Part shown: positions 13,159 through 29,578 of the stretch, piece after piece | Layout: each line of letters begins with the position of its first letter | How positions within the stretch are numbered: the first letter of the stretch is position 1 | Assembly (NCBI GenBank): GCA_951406725.2 | Contig: OX597822.1 | Coordinates: 11,718,001-11,782,000, forward strand | Direction of reading: 5' to 3' | Source: Octopus vulgaris | Lineage: Eukaryota | DNA: 64,000 nt | Notes under the pieces: generated by a model | Told to the model about the DNA's origin: nothing | The model's database searches: none | Seen by the model: the letters and a program-made list of their open reading frames with translations, nothing else | Translations under genes and position numbers: made by a program

Positions 13159-13246
13159 TCATAAGAAAATTAAAATTTATCTAATATAGTGGCGTTTTCA
13201 AACTTCTTTTTTACAAATATATACCCACGCGTATACGATCTACTCT

Positions 13247-13298
<52 letters not shown>

Positions 13299-13326
13299 GT
13301 ATATACGTATTGATGTGTGTACATAT

Positions 13327-13369
<43 letters not shown>

Positions 13370-13406
13370 CGTGTAGATGTGTGTACGTATACGTATGTAT
13401 ATATGC

Positions 13407-13440
<34 letters not shown>

Positions 13441-13619
13441 CTTATTTATATTATCATGTGATTGAATGCCACGCATCCTCTTCCAAGTATGTTTTATCAT
13501 AATAAAATATAGCCTATATATTGAGGAAGAAAAACATTATATCTTACCACAAATATAAAATAAAATGAAAAATGAAATAAAATAATGTAATATAATACAT
13601 ACATATATGTGTATGTATT

Positions 13620-13905
13620 TATGCATGTTACAGAAGAAGGCCATCTCTTCAATTAATACCGGCTGTCATGAGATCTAAATGTGACCAGCAAGTCCGGCTT
13701 TAGATAAGCAGACCCTTCTGCAGATGTTCCCATAATTTTCAGGCTAAAAAGTGTTTGAGATTCAAGTGACGTCCTGTTTACAAATGGAGCGCTTGATTCT
13801 TCGTGTTTCAAATACTTTACAACCATCTTAGATCAACTACATTTCGAACCGATCAATTTTCCGTCACCTGCTCCCGGTCTTCAACATCCCCACCAAAAAC
13901 CATTC
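13620..13905 (-). mobile_element. Degenerate RTE-like LINE 3' end
   Basis: Minus-strand translation CRRVCLSKAGLAGHI*ISx resembles the terminal C2H2-like motif of RTE ORFs; multiple stops. Confidence 0.45.
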
Positions 13906-14029
13906 CTATATATATATACACACACACACATACACTCATATATTTATACGCACATGCACTCACACATACGCCCACACACACACGCATATACATACTTGCA
14001 CATCGATATATTTGGTTATCTATCTGTCT

Positions 14030-14089
<60 letters not shown>

Positions 14090-14154
14090 TCTTACTCTGT
14101 CTACATCTTTCTCTTTATATGTGTATATCTCTAGATACGCACACGCACACAGAC

Positions 14155-14195
<41 letters not shown>

Positions 14196-14569
14196 TGTAT
14201 ATATATATATATGTAAATGTGCGTGTTTAGGTATGTATACACAAACACACACACATGTATAAATAATTCTTAGGAAAACAGTTAATATTTTCAAGCTGCA
14301 GTACAAGGTCGTACCTTCCTGGCATAGAACACATTCAATACTATCGATCATGACATTTTATTGGTAATTAATATATCAATATCGAAAGATAAAATTTGAA
14401 GACAACCACTGTGGGATTTCAATGAACTCTGTAAATGCAGAGAAGTCGCAGAAGACAGGTTGCCAGACAGCGTTCACCCATCACTGTCATAGACAGCTCT
14501 TATATTTTATAAAGAAACTAATTCCAATATTCTCTTTACAGATCTTTATACTCAAAATACATATTGGTT

Positions 14570-14722
14570 TTAAATTTTGGCTCAAGGCCAGTAATTTCGA
14601 GCGAGGTGATCGATTACACCGTCCCCAGTGTTCAACTGGTACTAATTTTATGGGCACCACAAGGGACGGAAGGCGAAGTCAACCTCGGCGCCATTTGAAC
14701 TGACAACGTAAGGACAGAAAAA
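14570..14722 (-). mobile_element. SINE family B (Nin/Deu-like domain) fragment
   Basis: ccccagtgttcaactggtactaatttt...ggcgaagtcaacctcggcgccatttgaact matches 29348-29578. Confidence 0.6.
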
Positions 14723-16844
14723 AATGTAAAACTCTATTGTCTCTATGCCCGAACAAGAACACTGTCCGAAAACGTCGGATTCCCCCTACCCATGGCATGT
14801 TCCCTGTATTTTATTGACGATTTTACTAAATAATACAAATCTTGCCGATTCAGACTAACACCAACCTCATTGTAGTTTGATTGTACTTAGAAAGAGTGTG
14901 GTAAGTAGTAGTAATGACAAATTTGAATTTACACACGATGTACATCTCGTTCAGAACTGCGTGCATACCACATCCCATTCATCTCGAAAATTCTTCTTCA
15001 TTTGACACTAAATTCCAGATGGATTTGTAGATGCGCTGTTTGACACACTGTTTGTCTTTGAGCATTTTAAACCCGAGGAAGCCCATCCTTGTCCAGTTTT
15101 GAACACTAGCAGTTCCCTCCAGGGAAGCAGATGAAGCGAAGGAGAGTGAATATTGAGAAAGAGAGAGACTTGGTTCGTATCTTATCGATCTTGAAAGGAT
15201 GATAGACAAATTTGATCTTCACAGCATTTGAACTTCGATGGTATAAAGTTGAAATTATAATCACAATGCTAAACCATTGGTGCTCAATAGTGAAATTGTT
15301 TCTACATTTCTGCACTGAAATTGTTTCTACATTTCTGCACAACTGGTCGGTTTGAGAGTGAAGTCACTTAACCGATGTAATTTAGTTGCCGTGGATACGA
15401 TAAGCCCCTAACTGTACATAACGGCTGTCTAATAAAATATCCACTTAGTAACGTACATTGTGACGCAGAACTTTTAGCTAGAGAATACATAAAAATATTG
15501 ATGTAGTAATGGGTTTTGTACTTTGAATATTCGCAATTGTGCAATGGGTTGGACATTAAAATGCATCCGATTTTGACTCTTCAGATTGGGATTTGGGAGT
15601 CTTGTGGAAAATAGAATTACTGTCATGACTACGCTCTGATCCGGTGGTGAGATACCTGCCAAGGACCCTGTCCTGGTCCAAAGAGCAGCAGGTTGTCCAG
15701 TAGCAGAAGCATACAAGACACGTAGGTTTTAAGCGTAGAAGACTCGAATCCTTGCACAACTATCACATATGTACACTGCTGACTGGATATGCCTTAACGT
15801 CACAAGAATCTCTACCCCTGGAAAATGGTTAATTGGGCCCACTCTTTCAAGGGTATGATCAGTGGAATAAATTGTAAATATACGAATGAAGTGTAACGGG
15901 AAACTACTATTGGTAACTCCCGGAGTCAACATAATGATAGTCTCGACATCAATGGTATCGCGAGTTTGTGACTACCACCATCTACCGGCATACTCATTAA
16001 GAGAGATAGATAGAGAGAGAGGGAGGGAGAGAGAGAGAACGCGTGCGGAGCACAGGGAAGAAGAGGGAGAACGTTTGTTATTTGATCTGTTTCTAATTAT
16101 CTTGAATAAAATCATTCATGTACTTATTTTTTGGCGACTAAGTAACATTCCCATAAAAATGTCTTCAAATTGCCATCAGATCTTTTATGCGAAGTTGTGG
16201 CTATATTACATGCTTCAATACGCTAAACTCTAAATATGCGTCGGTCAAAATAGGGTGCGTCTACTATACCAGTGCGTCTTTATGGCGTCAAATTCGGTAT
16301 CTAAATACCATTAAATTTAATGAATAATAGGAACAAAATGGAAGATCTAATGGTTACAGAGTAAATAATAATCAGCTGAGAGAAGACATTTCGTGACATA
16401 TCCCAAATAATAGCTTCTGACGGCAGATAGAAAAATTGTCAATCAAGCGTTCGGGTTTTCCAAAATTATAATACGTTGAAGAGAGGAGGAATTAAAACGT
16501 CGTATTACTCAACCATCGTAACTTGAAAGATTGAAAAGTAATTTGTCAGACTGCAGTCCTCAGGTTAACCTATTAGTGTGGGTCTCTGTATTAGGTTGCT
16601 ACATGACAGTCTCTTTTTGAGAAAAATTACAGCAAGTAAAAGCAGAGTTTCCTTGGTACTACTTCGAATGTTTATATTCGGGCAGCGTACACTAACAATT
16701 CTTTGTTAAAGTAAAAACAAAAGTGAAGAATTGAAATCCTTCAAGGCGTTGCCCATTCGGGCCGCAGCAGTCAAACAACCAAAACAAGTAAAAGCGATAA
16801 GAAACAAAGGAGAAATTCTCACAGACACACATAATTATCAACCA

Positions 16845-17222
16845 TGGCTAGGTCGTGAGAAGTTTGCTTCACAGGCAGATGGTTTCGGTTTCAATACCAC
16901 GACTGGGCACCTTGGGAAAGAGTCGCCAACAATAGTCCCGGGTCGATCAAAGCCCTGAGAGTGGATTTAGGGAACGGAAATGGAAAGAAACCCGTCACAC
17001 TCACACACATACACAAACACACACACTTATGCATGCATATATGTATCTTTGTGTTTGTGTCTGTCTCCCACTCCCGTTCCACAACTGATGCGGATTTCTT
17101 TACGTTCCCATGACTTAGCGGTTCAGCACATGGGAGCCATAAAATAAATACGAGAATGAAAATTAAGCCTTAGTGTCGATTAGTGCGGTGCAGTCCAATG
17201 ACTGAAAAAGTAAAAGAGAAAA
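16845..17222 (+). mobile_element. SINE family A, diverged copy
   Basis: ggcaccttgggaaagagtc...gagtggatttagggaacggaaa...cagtccaatgactgaaaaagtaaaagag. Confidence 0.65.
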
Positions 17223-17750
17223 ATAAAGGAAATTATATACATACATACATACATACATACATACATACATACATAAACACACGCACGCACACACACACAC
17301 ACATATATACACACACATACACACACAATCGCACTCGCACGCACACTTATAAACACAGGTACACATATCTGATGTCACTACGACCATTTTATTCTGAGAG
17401 ATTGTAAATTCTGACACTTTAAAAAAGAATTTTATTTATTTATTTAGTATTATTGTTGTTGTTGTTGTTTGCGAATTCCAGTTCGGGTATTGTATAGGTG
17501 AAAAGTGTATGCATTGGAAAATGTTTCAACATGAATGGACAATTATATCATGTATAGACTGATTGACAAACAGGTGAGAGCGGGGCCTAGTTATGGTTGG
17601 AAATGAATTATTCAAAATTAAACGCCAACAGATTTTTATAACTTTTTTCTTCATGCTTCACGTCAAAATTTGATTCATTTCCAATTAATGCCAAATACTC
17701 CATCGCATGAATATTAAATACAGACATATTAGAGAAAAAAAATATTTCCT

Positions 17751-17800
<50 letters not shown>

Positions 17801-18219
17801 GTTGTTGTTGTTGTTGTTGTTGCTGTGGTCGTTACTGCATTTGTTGTTGTGGTTGCTGTTGTTGCTGTTGCTGTTAAGAATAATAAAAGAAATCGTTATC
17901 ATAAATGCTACCGAGGCGGAGAGCTGCTAAACGATGTGGACGAGATAGAGGGCTGGAGAAAATGCCTTGCGGTATCTTTTCTGGCTTTTATTTTTCTGAT
18001 TTCGAATCCAATTGAGTTCCACTTCGTCTTTCATTCTTCGAAGGTCGTCGAAATAAAGTAATATTGAAATATTAAAGTCGATGATATCGACCAAACTTCT
18101 TTCCTCGAAATTTCTATTAATATATATATTGTAATTGGAAGACATTATTATTTTTATGTTTAATGTCTTGTATGGCCAGCTTCCAAGATTGTGCCTGTGG
18201 TGTTATAAAGAATATGTCA

Positions 18220-18555
18220 TTTACTTTAGAGTAATTTCCGCCGTACGGGAAGATTCCCAAGCAGAGCGATATTGATGTTGCTTCGGGGTGTAATTGGTGA
18301 GCACATTTATTTCCTTCTTTCTGAATCCTAGATATCCAGTGGACGCAAGTAATATTTCGGTCTCCGTCCTCAACATCTTTTTGATTTCAGTGTCCATGTC
18401 TTTCAAGTATCCAGCTTCTTTCTGTCTTTCATGTAGGTATCTCATCCGGATGATAGCGGTATCTTCCTATCGGTGTGAATGGTCATGTTCCCGACGATAT
18501 AAACGTCATCATATGTAACACCATTTCTATGGTAATCGTACCATTTCTCAATCGT
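18220..18555 (-). pseudogene. Old R4/Dong-like restriction-like endonuclease remnant
   Basis: KWYDYH...MTIHTDRKI and LKDMDTEIKKMLRTET resemble PIHTDREI and YKDLEIEVTRMLNLKTET of the ORF at 60788-61390. Confidence 0.55.
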
Positions 18556-18783
18556 CTTCACCTAATGGTCTTGATAGACGTAGGCATGGCTGTGTGGTTA
18601 AGGCCATGTGGTCTAGCGTTCGCTCCACTATGAGGAGTCATGGATAACTGTGTTCTAATGTGGATCGGGCCATCTAATGCCTCTATCACGTGAATGAATT
18701 TCGTAGATGGAAACTGTTTAGAAGCTTGCCGTATAATACATGTATGTGTGCGCATCTATGATAGATACGTGTGTGTGTATGTA

Positions 18784-20014
18784 CGAGGGACTTTCAATAA
18801 GTAATGCCTCTGACCCACTTGCAATTGTTTTAGCTAGCTGAAAGTTTGCATGTGCAATCATTTATATCTCTATAGAGTAAGTGGCAAATTACAGCTCTGA
18901 ATTAATTGTGGTTTCTGATTTACAGGTGTTTGAACTGAGTCAAGTGTGAAATGGAGCCTGTTGAGTGTGGAGCAGTGATCCGGTTTTTGTATTTGAAAGG
19001 ACGCACACCACGGGAAACTTTTGATGAAATGAAAGTAACTTATGGTGATGATGCCCCATCATATGACCTTGTAAAACGCTGACATCGTGAATTCAAACAT
19101 AGTCGGAACTCTGTGGAAACAGCTCCCAGATCTAGTCGCCCCCTTCTGCCATTGATGAGGCATCTGTCCAAGTTGAAGCTGCCATTTTGGAAGATCGAGG
19201 CATAATTATTCGCCAAATAGCTCATGAGGTCAAGATTAGTACCGGTCTGTGGAAACTATCATTCATGACCATTTGCATATGCAAAAGGTGTCTGCCAGAT
19301 GGATTCCCAGGTTGTTCACGCCTTTCCAGAAGCAAGAACGCGTCGAGTGCTCGAGGATGAATTTGGAGATGTGCCAAGAAGATGAGTCAAAATTTTTCAA
19401 AAGACTGATTACATAGGATGAAACCTGGGTCCATCACGATGATCCAGAGACCAAAGCCCAGTCAATGCAGTGGAAGCACCGTGACAGTCTTCTGGGACCA
19501 GGACAGAGTAGTGATGACAGATTTCCTGCAAAGGGTACCACAATTGCAGGAGCCTATTATGCTTCACTTTTGAGGGAATTAAGAGAAGTTATCAAAATCA
19601 AGAGGCGGGGGCAAGATCAGCAAAGGCATCCTCCTCCTGCAGGACAACGCTCCGGTCCACAACTCGCTTGTCGCCAGATCAGAAGCACAGGCGTATGGCT
19701 ATGAACTTCTCCCCATCCCCCCTACTTTCCTGACCTTGCACCCTCTGATTTTCACCTCTTCCCAATCATGAAGTTGTTTTTGAAAGGAAAGCGTTTCCCA
19801 GATGATGCAGCCTTGATTTCTTAAGTCACGTTCAGGTTGGAGGACCAAGCTGGGTTCTTCTACAAAAATGGTCTTCAGAGCTGCATCAAACGATGGGAGA
19901 AATGCGTAACTCTGGGTGATTCCTATGTAGAAAAAAACTAATAACTGTGCCAAGTTTCGTTGCTCTTCTACTATGGGAAGTGGGTCAGGGGCATTACTTA
20001 TTGAACGCCCCTCG
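18784..20014 (+). mobile_element. Full-length mariner (DD34D) transposon with disrupted transposase
   Basis: ~37-bp TIRs (cgagggactttcaataagtaatgcctctgacccactt and its inverse), TA on both sides; ORF from ATG 18951 to ~19942 with WIPR, DETWVHH and HPPYFPDLAPSDFHLF motifs, broken by stops and frameshifts. Confidence 0.93.
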
Positions 20015-20992
20015 TATGTGTGTGTCTTTGTACTTATGTTTGTCATATTGCCATCTTTTGATGGCCGTCCGTTTATTTATTCCCGTCACTCTGTGGATCG
20101 AAAAAGTGAATAAGTGCCAAACTTTAAAATGCAACCAAAAATAAAAGTCCAGAATCTGATTTCTTTCGACTACTCACTTCAAGAGGATGCCCCAGCATGG
20201 CCCAATGACTGCAGTAAGTAAAGAAGAAAAGATACACAATGGTGTAGCTCTTGTATAATTTCCGGTATATATTACACGATGCCTTTCACGTTTGCGTTTA
20301 CATTTGGTTTTCGCGCAACCCCAGACATCCGGAATCAGTATGCCTCTTTGTCTATTCACGGTTTTCGCAGATGCTCATCAAGGATACCATGCACACGTCG
20401 TCGTTGTCGTCGTCGTCATCGTCGTCGTCGTCGTCGTCCTCCTCCTCCTCATCTCACCATCAGCTTATTTCCTTCTCGTCCTTCTTGGCCACCATCGCAT
20501 TATTTCTGCCATTACCAATAAGGAAAATCGTTATTGCCATAAAAGTTAGTTTCTGTTTTTTATGTTCCCCGTCAGAAGCCAAAAAAAAAAAAAAAAAAAA
20601 AGAAAATCTTGAATTTATATTCATATAAACTAAGTAACATTTACGTTTTAATTAACATCATCAGTTTAAGAATAGATTTTAAAAAAATATAAATTAAATA
20701 ATAAAGAAGTATTGTGTGCCTTAATTTTAATCGTTTTTGTAAAATATGTTTACAAGAAAAAAAATAAAATTAGTAAAATATAGGGGTATTACAAATCGGT
20801 AATTTTTTTTTTCTTTAGTTCAAAATCCGGAAAATACGTTTAAAAAAATCGTTATCAATTAATGTGTTTAATAAATTTTCTCCTCCTCCCGCTACTACAA
20901 ACAAAAATGTTTTTAAAATTTTCAAAAATTAATCAAAAGATAATTAATATAACGATACAATTAGTGCTTGTTTTAAAATGTATTTTTATGTT

Positions 20993-21191
20993 TTATCTTT
21001 TACTTGTTTCAGTCATTAGTCTGCGGCCATACTGGGGCAACCCATTGAAGAATTTTATTTCCACGAATCGACCCCCTGTGCTTATTCTTCTAAGGCTGGT
21101 ACTTACACTATCGCTCTCTTTTGACGAACTACTTTGTTATGGAGACATAAACACACCCATACCAATTGTCAAGCGTTGGTGCTGAACACAC

Positions 21192-21222
<31 letters not shown>

Positions 21223-21505
21223 TGTATATGAGTGAGTAGACAAAATAACCTCAATGGCCGAAGACTAGCCACACATTTAAGGTCAGACTACGAAGGAGTC
21301 TGAATCAAGCTATTTTGGTCCACATCAAATCTATCTATCTCTTTATCTATGTATCTACGCACACACACACACACTCAGACACACGCACACGCACACACAT
21401 ACATACATATATACATATACGAGGCAATTCTTTCAGTTTCTATCTACCAAATCCACTCACAATACTTTGATCGGTCGAGGCTGTAGTAGAAAAGACTTGT
21501 CCAAG
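20993..21505 (-). mobile_element. SINE family A, interrupted copy
   Basis: Tail at 20993-21185 and mid-body ctaccaaatccactcac...gacttgtccaag; the head remnant aagcaagcttcttacc reappears at 23051-23066. Confidence 0.7.
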
Positions 21506-21583
21506 TAGACACAGCTCCGAATCCAGGAAGGACTCCTTGCTTGTACAAAAAATAAAGCTTACAGACAACAAATCCCACTGGAC

Positions 21584-22517
21584 TCAAAAAGCAGAAAGTC
21601 TTACTTTCGAGGCAGCGGAAGCAGGGGGCTGCGTCGACAGACGCGGGGGATCGCTACCCTCCTCCGCCGCCTGTACCTTCTCTGGTGAACAACCATTGTT
21701 GCTCACCTTTCTTTTTCTTTTCGTGGAGGCAACTTCCTCCACGACTTCCACCGTCTCCCCCTCAAACGAGGGGGCGGCGGGCACCTTCTCTTTCACGTGC
21801 TCCAGGGCCCCACCACGGCCCCCTGGACAGTTCATCTTGATATGGCCAGGCTCCAGGCACAGGTGACACTTGGGGGGGGGGGGGTTCCCTCAAGTATCAC
21901 CGGGTGCCTGTACCGGGCCATTGTTAGGAAGTCTGGGAACATCATATCTCCCACGGCCACCGAGTTCCACAGAGTAAAATTGTCTTTGACCCCTTCCAGT
22001 CGACCGCGGGAGCAATCTTAACACTCAAAAGCCTGGGCCCGCTATCTCCCAGGCCCCGACGGATGGTCTTCTCGATCCATCCCGCCTCCGTGCCCGTCGG
22101 CAGCCTGCACACCCAGGCTCTTCTCATCTTCCTCCCGCAATAAGTGGGGAGGGACAAAATTTCCTTCCCCTCAAGGGGCTCGCTGGCAAATCTGCCAGCT
22201 TCCTCGGGGGTACCAAACAACAACCAGACCGTTGTAAATTTGGACCCCCGAGAAATAAATTTTACAGTTGGCAGGTATTCTCTCTTTCTTTTTATCTTTT
22301 ACTCTTTTACTTGATTCAGTCATTTGACTGCGGCCATGCTGGAGCACCGCCTTTTTGCCAACTCTTTCTCTATGGTGTCCTTATTATATTGAACGATGGC
22401 ACCGAGCGACCTAGAATAGGACCTCAGCACCACCGTTCTATTGTTTAAGTCTTTAAACCACTCCTTGGGTGGGACAACCTCCCACTCCATGGCAGTGGCT
22501 TCATTTTTTCTTTCCAT
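21584..22517 (-). pseudogene. ORF1 (gag-like nucleic-acid-binding protein) with CX2CX4HX4C knuckle
   Basis: Joined frames: MERKNEATAMEWEVV...IEKELAK / REYLPTVKFISRGSKFTTVWLLFGTPEEAGRF... / KCHLCLEPGHIKMNCPGG...; broken by a SINE-tail insertion and a frameshift near 21965. Confidence 0.8.
22287..22351 (-). mobile_element. SINE family A, extreme 3' tail inserted in ORF1
   Basis: ttttactcttttacttgattcagtcatttgactgcggccatgctggagcaccgcc at an A-rich site of the ORF1 coding strand. Confidence 0.85.
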
Positions 22518-23847
22518 GTGTAAAACAAAAAGTTCACAATGTTCAAAAGAAAAACAGTCCAAAAAGTCCAAGAAAAACAGCTGAAGAAAAAATAAAAGAA
22601 GAAGAAAAAACACAAGAAAGATAAATAGAAAAAACGAATAGAGGAAAACAGTTCCACACAGCAAAAAATGTCAATCCTGGCCAACAGGTGCTCCAGGCTA
22701 ACTGGAACTCCGCGGCAGGGACTTTCTCCCGGGCCACAGCTGACAGCAACAGCAACTGGAATACATTCCAAATTCAAGTCTTCGGGCAGATACGCCCCCA
22801 ACGTTTCTTTTCCTTTTTTTTCTATTTTTTTGCTACACCAGCAAAAAAGCAAGCACAATAACACAATAGCCGCCGAGAGCAGGCGTAATTGTCCCAGAGC
22901 TGGGCACAATTTACTGAAAAATCATTCACACGCAATAAATCATGCCCTGCTTAAAACAAACAAAATCTCCTACCTCGACAACCTTCTCTGTTTTTATTCT
23001 TTTTTCTTTTAGGACGGAGCTCAAAGCTCACGTCCTCACTGTTCAACCTGAAGCAAGCTTCTTACCTGCTGCTAACATCATTACTGGAATAACCATGAAA
23101 TATAATTTCACAGTTAAAGTGTTAATTTTGTTGGTTTATTTCCTGAATCGAGTCATACGCTGTATCGTTAAGGGAATCAAAATATTTCACAGTACAGTAT
23201 TTTATTCTGCTGGAAATGTATCCCGGTTGAGAACTAATGTAGCCCTTTTTCCTTCAACTGCTTACGACTATAAACATACCTAAAACGGTTATTGAAAGGT
23301 TGGTACGGGTTCCAGGGTTATGGCTGTGGTAGCCAAGCTTTTTTAAGCTTCCAAATTTACCGTTCGACAATATGCGTTGATGCAAATTTATTTTCTCTTT
23401 TCAAATCCAACCGATGTCAACTTCGATTTATATGTACCTGGTACCGTGAGAACATACTGCATGTACTAATATGCAATATAATCTACGGTTCCGTGCCACC
23501 AATGCCGGACTTCTTACTACTCTGAGAAACTGTTATTGTATAGTTTGCAAAATATTTATGAAGTTAAAAAATAGAGCAAACATTTAATATTCTATTAATT
23601 TTGCTATACAAAGCAAGCAAACAAACATGCACATATACACACACACGTACATATACACACACATACATATACACAAATACCGATTTTGAATTATCCGACG
23701 TTGGGGAAATCGCAGATTAAGGGTTAAATGGTTCACGCAAAATTTATATGCATTCATACATACATACATATATATATGTATGCATACATACATATACACA
23801 TACATACATATATATATATGTATGCATACATACACACACATATATAT

Positions 23848-26356
<2,509 letters not shown>

Positions 26357-28317
26357 GTATATATATATATTTCATATATATGTATGTATACATGCACACA
26401 ATTCTTGGATTAGGTGGTACTTTCTTATCTTGTGCAATGCGTTTCATTCCAGCTTAGTTTAGCCTACTCAGGTGACAATACTAGCCGAGTGCTCTCACCC
26501 CATCCATCTGTCACATCCTGCATCAAAGCGGCGAGAGGAATCTGTTGGATCACGATAACGTAGGTACCCTAAAATAAATAACGAAAGCAGGATACATATT
26601 ATCAAATCTAATTCGTTCGTGAGTGATGATCGACTCTTTTAGTCAAGTCGAAAGATAAGGCCCATATCATGGTAGAGAAAGGTAAGTGGAAAGATAAGGC
26701 CCATATTTTGACGGGAGAGAAGAAGGAAGATATCCATCGACCGGAGGGCTGGATTGAATGCTTCCAACAGAATGAAGTCTACTAAAGGCATCTACAGACC
26801 TTGTGATGGTATTAAATTGAGAGATGGATTAAGTCCACTATGCAAGAAAACTATGGTGATATTTGAACTCTGAACGGAAGGAGCCACAGTAAATAAGACA
26901 GGGCAACCGGTTCGTTGGTCCAATCCATCGTTCAAGTTTGTTATACTTCTTGTCGATCTTCAAACGGAAAAGAAACGCAAAGTTGCACTTCAGTGGGATT
27001 TGAACTAAGAGCGCTGAGTATCAGAACTAATGTGGCACATTTTATCCGGTGTTTTAACAAATGACAAATCTCCATCTTAAAAGAATTTTGTTAATCGTTT
27101 CTTCCATATATTACAAATTTCCTGCATTGTAACATCCATACATTATTCTATCTTAAAAATTTTTCTCAACCGTTTTACAACTTTGTTGTATTTATACATT
27201 TTTTCATAAATATCTTTTGTTCGTTCAATTTTTACGTAAAGAAATTTCAAAATGTTACACACGTTTTTTCCAAAATGCTTTTTCAGAATATTAAAAAAAT
27301 ATCCAAATCTTTCCATGGCATTCACTAAAGTTTTACTGACACTCTCTAAATATTCTCTGAATTGGCTATTTATAAAGGAGAATATTTATTTCGCCTCTAA
27401 TAAAATATTCTTCTTATTGTCATTGCTGTTGCGGTTGTTTTTGTTGTTGTTGTTATTAATTTTATTGTTATTATTTGATTTAAATTTCCGTGTTCGTAGC
27501 ACATCTGTAATTAAAAAAACAGACAAAATTTAAAAATGGATTGTATCGTAATTACAGTTCCTACTAACTGGAAGCTATGCATGGCATTAATTACTGTTTT
27601 ATTAATTATTTTTTTCTTTTAATGAATTATTGTTAATTACTACAACGAAATTATAATACACAAAGTAATCTATTAATATGGAATGTTATAGGTGAGAAAC
27701 AGATGTTTTCATCAAACATTCATATAACTATGGAGACAATAAAATCAGGGAGTGTCACTGCATTTGAAAATATATTTGGAGTGTCTTTCTAAACACAGAA
27801 GAATAGCGAACCAACAGAAGATGCTAATAAAAATCATACTCATAACTGAAACAAATTTAGCATAGCAATGCTCACAAAAATAGGAGAAACATATATAAAA
27901 TTATTAATATTAATATTATTATAGAGTGAAGGAGCAGTACACGCCATTGTAAGAGTGCTTAGGTACAAATATACGAAGTTCAATGTAACCATCATGACTA
28001 CCCTCACCCCTCCTCTTCCTCTCCCCGCTTCCTTCTCCTACCCCCCCCCCAAACAGATTTTAAAACATGGAAACTACCGGCTAACAACATATATTGTCCA
28101 ACGAATAAAGATATTGACTGCATCGACCCAAAAGGAAAAAGCAATTGTTTGAAGCTTTATAATGATTTCTAGAATAGGAATAAGGCTTGAAAATTTGGGG
28201 ACAGGGAGTTTGTCGATGTAATCAACACCAATATTTTACCGACCCCAAAAAAGATGAAAAACTAAGTCGACCTCAGCGGCATTTGAGCTCAGGACATAAA
28301 GCCGGAAAACTACTTTA

Positions 28318-28728
28318 TTTACATTTTTTACATTTGACGGATATTTATCCCCATCTTTGTTGTTAACACAACGTTTCGGCTGATATACTCTCCAGCCTTC
28401 ATCAGGTGTCTTGGGGAAATTTCGGACCTCGGTTCTTATTCCTAAGGTATTTTGCTGTTGTTATTATTATTATTATCATTATTATCATTATTAGTATTAT
28501 TATCATTATTATTATTATTCGGATCACTGCCTGGAATGGAACTCGGAATCTTGGGGTTAGTAGCCCGCGCTCTTACCCACTATGCCATATGTCCATGGGC
28601 AACTGTGGGGTGAATTTTAGGGCTTATGAATCTAATATTCTCCTATCCTTCCTAAATGTTGGGTAATCCGTCAGGTGTAAATAATGTAAGTAAAGTACAT
28701 AATTCTTCAGCTCTTAAATATAGAACGG
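28318..28728 (-). mobile_element. tRNA-headed, HHR-containing short element with inverted tail copy
   Basis: Minus strand: tRNA-like head 28600-28520, (AAT)n, HHR, tail; a partial tail in the opposite orientation lies at 28666-28728. Confidence 0.8.
28366..28409 (-). ncRNA. Minimal hammerhead ribozyme
   Basis: Reverse complement: acac-CTGATGA-a-ggctg(gagagtatat)cagcc-GAAA-cgtt-gtgt. Confidence 0.75.
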
Positions 28729-29347
28729 AAAAGTACTACTAAACGTTTTGTTGGTCGCAGTAACGATTCTTCCAGCCATCTAGAGTTTTAATAATGGATG
28801 AAAACTTCCCCCGAATCGGATATTGTATACGTTCTTCAACCTCTATTATCTACAAAGAGATTAAGTACCTCCTTGGAATGTGTCTTCTTACGCGAGGAAA
28901 ACACTATCACGAGACATGGAAAAGGTGGCGAGTCTTTAGAAACCATTCTTAGAGAAATACACCAATGGAAAATACACAACTCTCCAGTAAAAAAACAACG
29001 GAGGAACAGGTTTGTAAATAGGAGAAAATAAATTATATCTATGTTATTTCAAGGCTTCTGAGTAACAAAAACAAATACTTAAGTAAATATATAAATAAAT
29101 CACGACAGAAAATATAGATATAGAGAAAGGAATGAGACACTTTAAATAATTGCAATTAGGATCCATTAATTGATCTTCGAAATTACTAAACATTTCAGGT
29201 GTTTTGCCAGTGGTAATTAAGTATGCACACACATTAACTCATAAATGTCAGTATATGCACATACATGCTCGTCAATAATTGACATGTGTTATTGCATATA
29301 TGCATACAACCATTAATGCACACAGATGCATATTCGGGATAATACCT

Positions 29348-29578
29348 ATTTCTTTATTACCCACAAGGGGCTAAACACAGAGGGGACAAACAAGGACAGA
29401 CATAGGTATTAAGTCGATTACATCGACCCCAGTGCGTAACTGGTACTTAATTTAACGACCCCGAAAGGATGAAAGGCAAAGTCGACCTCGGCGGAATTTG
29501 AACTCACAACGTAACGCAGACGAAATACCGCTAAGCATTTCGCCCGGCGGGCTACCCTTTCTGCCAGCTCGCCGCCTA
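29348..29578 (-). mobile_element. SINE family B (tRNA-like head, Nin/Deu-like domain), full-length with TSD
   Basis: Head ggcggcgagctggcagaa...gagttcaaattcc; domain gcctttcatcctttcggggtcg; 14-bp TSD tcgggataatacct at 29334-29347 and 29579-29592. Confidence 0.9.

Larger units (their letters stand above)
11931..13220 (+). mobile_element. 5'-truncated Penelope-like element (endonuclease, 3' UTR, terminal repeat)
   Basis: GIY-YIG remnant followed by a UTR with internal tandem duplications (12437-12626, 12943-13143) and a terminal HHR; bounded by (TA)n. Confidence 0.75.
21506..23050 (-). mobile_element. L1/Tx1-like non-LTR element: 5' UTR plus ORF1 only
   Basis: GC-richer block containing a gag-like ORF1 with a zinc knuckle; no ORF2 in the 78 bp after the ORF1 stop. 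Clade assignment is tentative. Confidence 0.65.

Noticed and set aside
16190-16300. pogo/Tigger-like terminus (gggtgcgtctactataccagtgcgtcttt...cggta)
   Set aside because: Only one degenerate end is visible, with no matching TIR.
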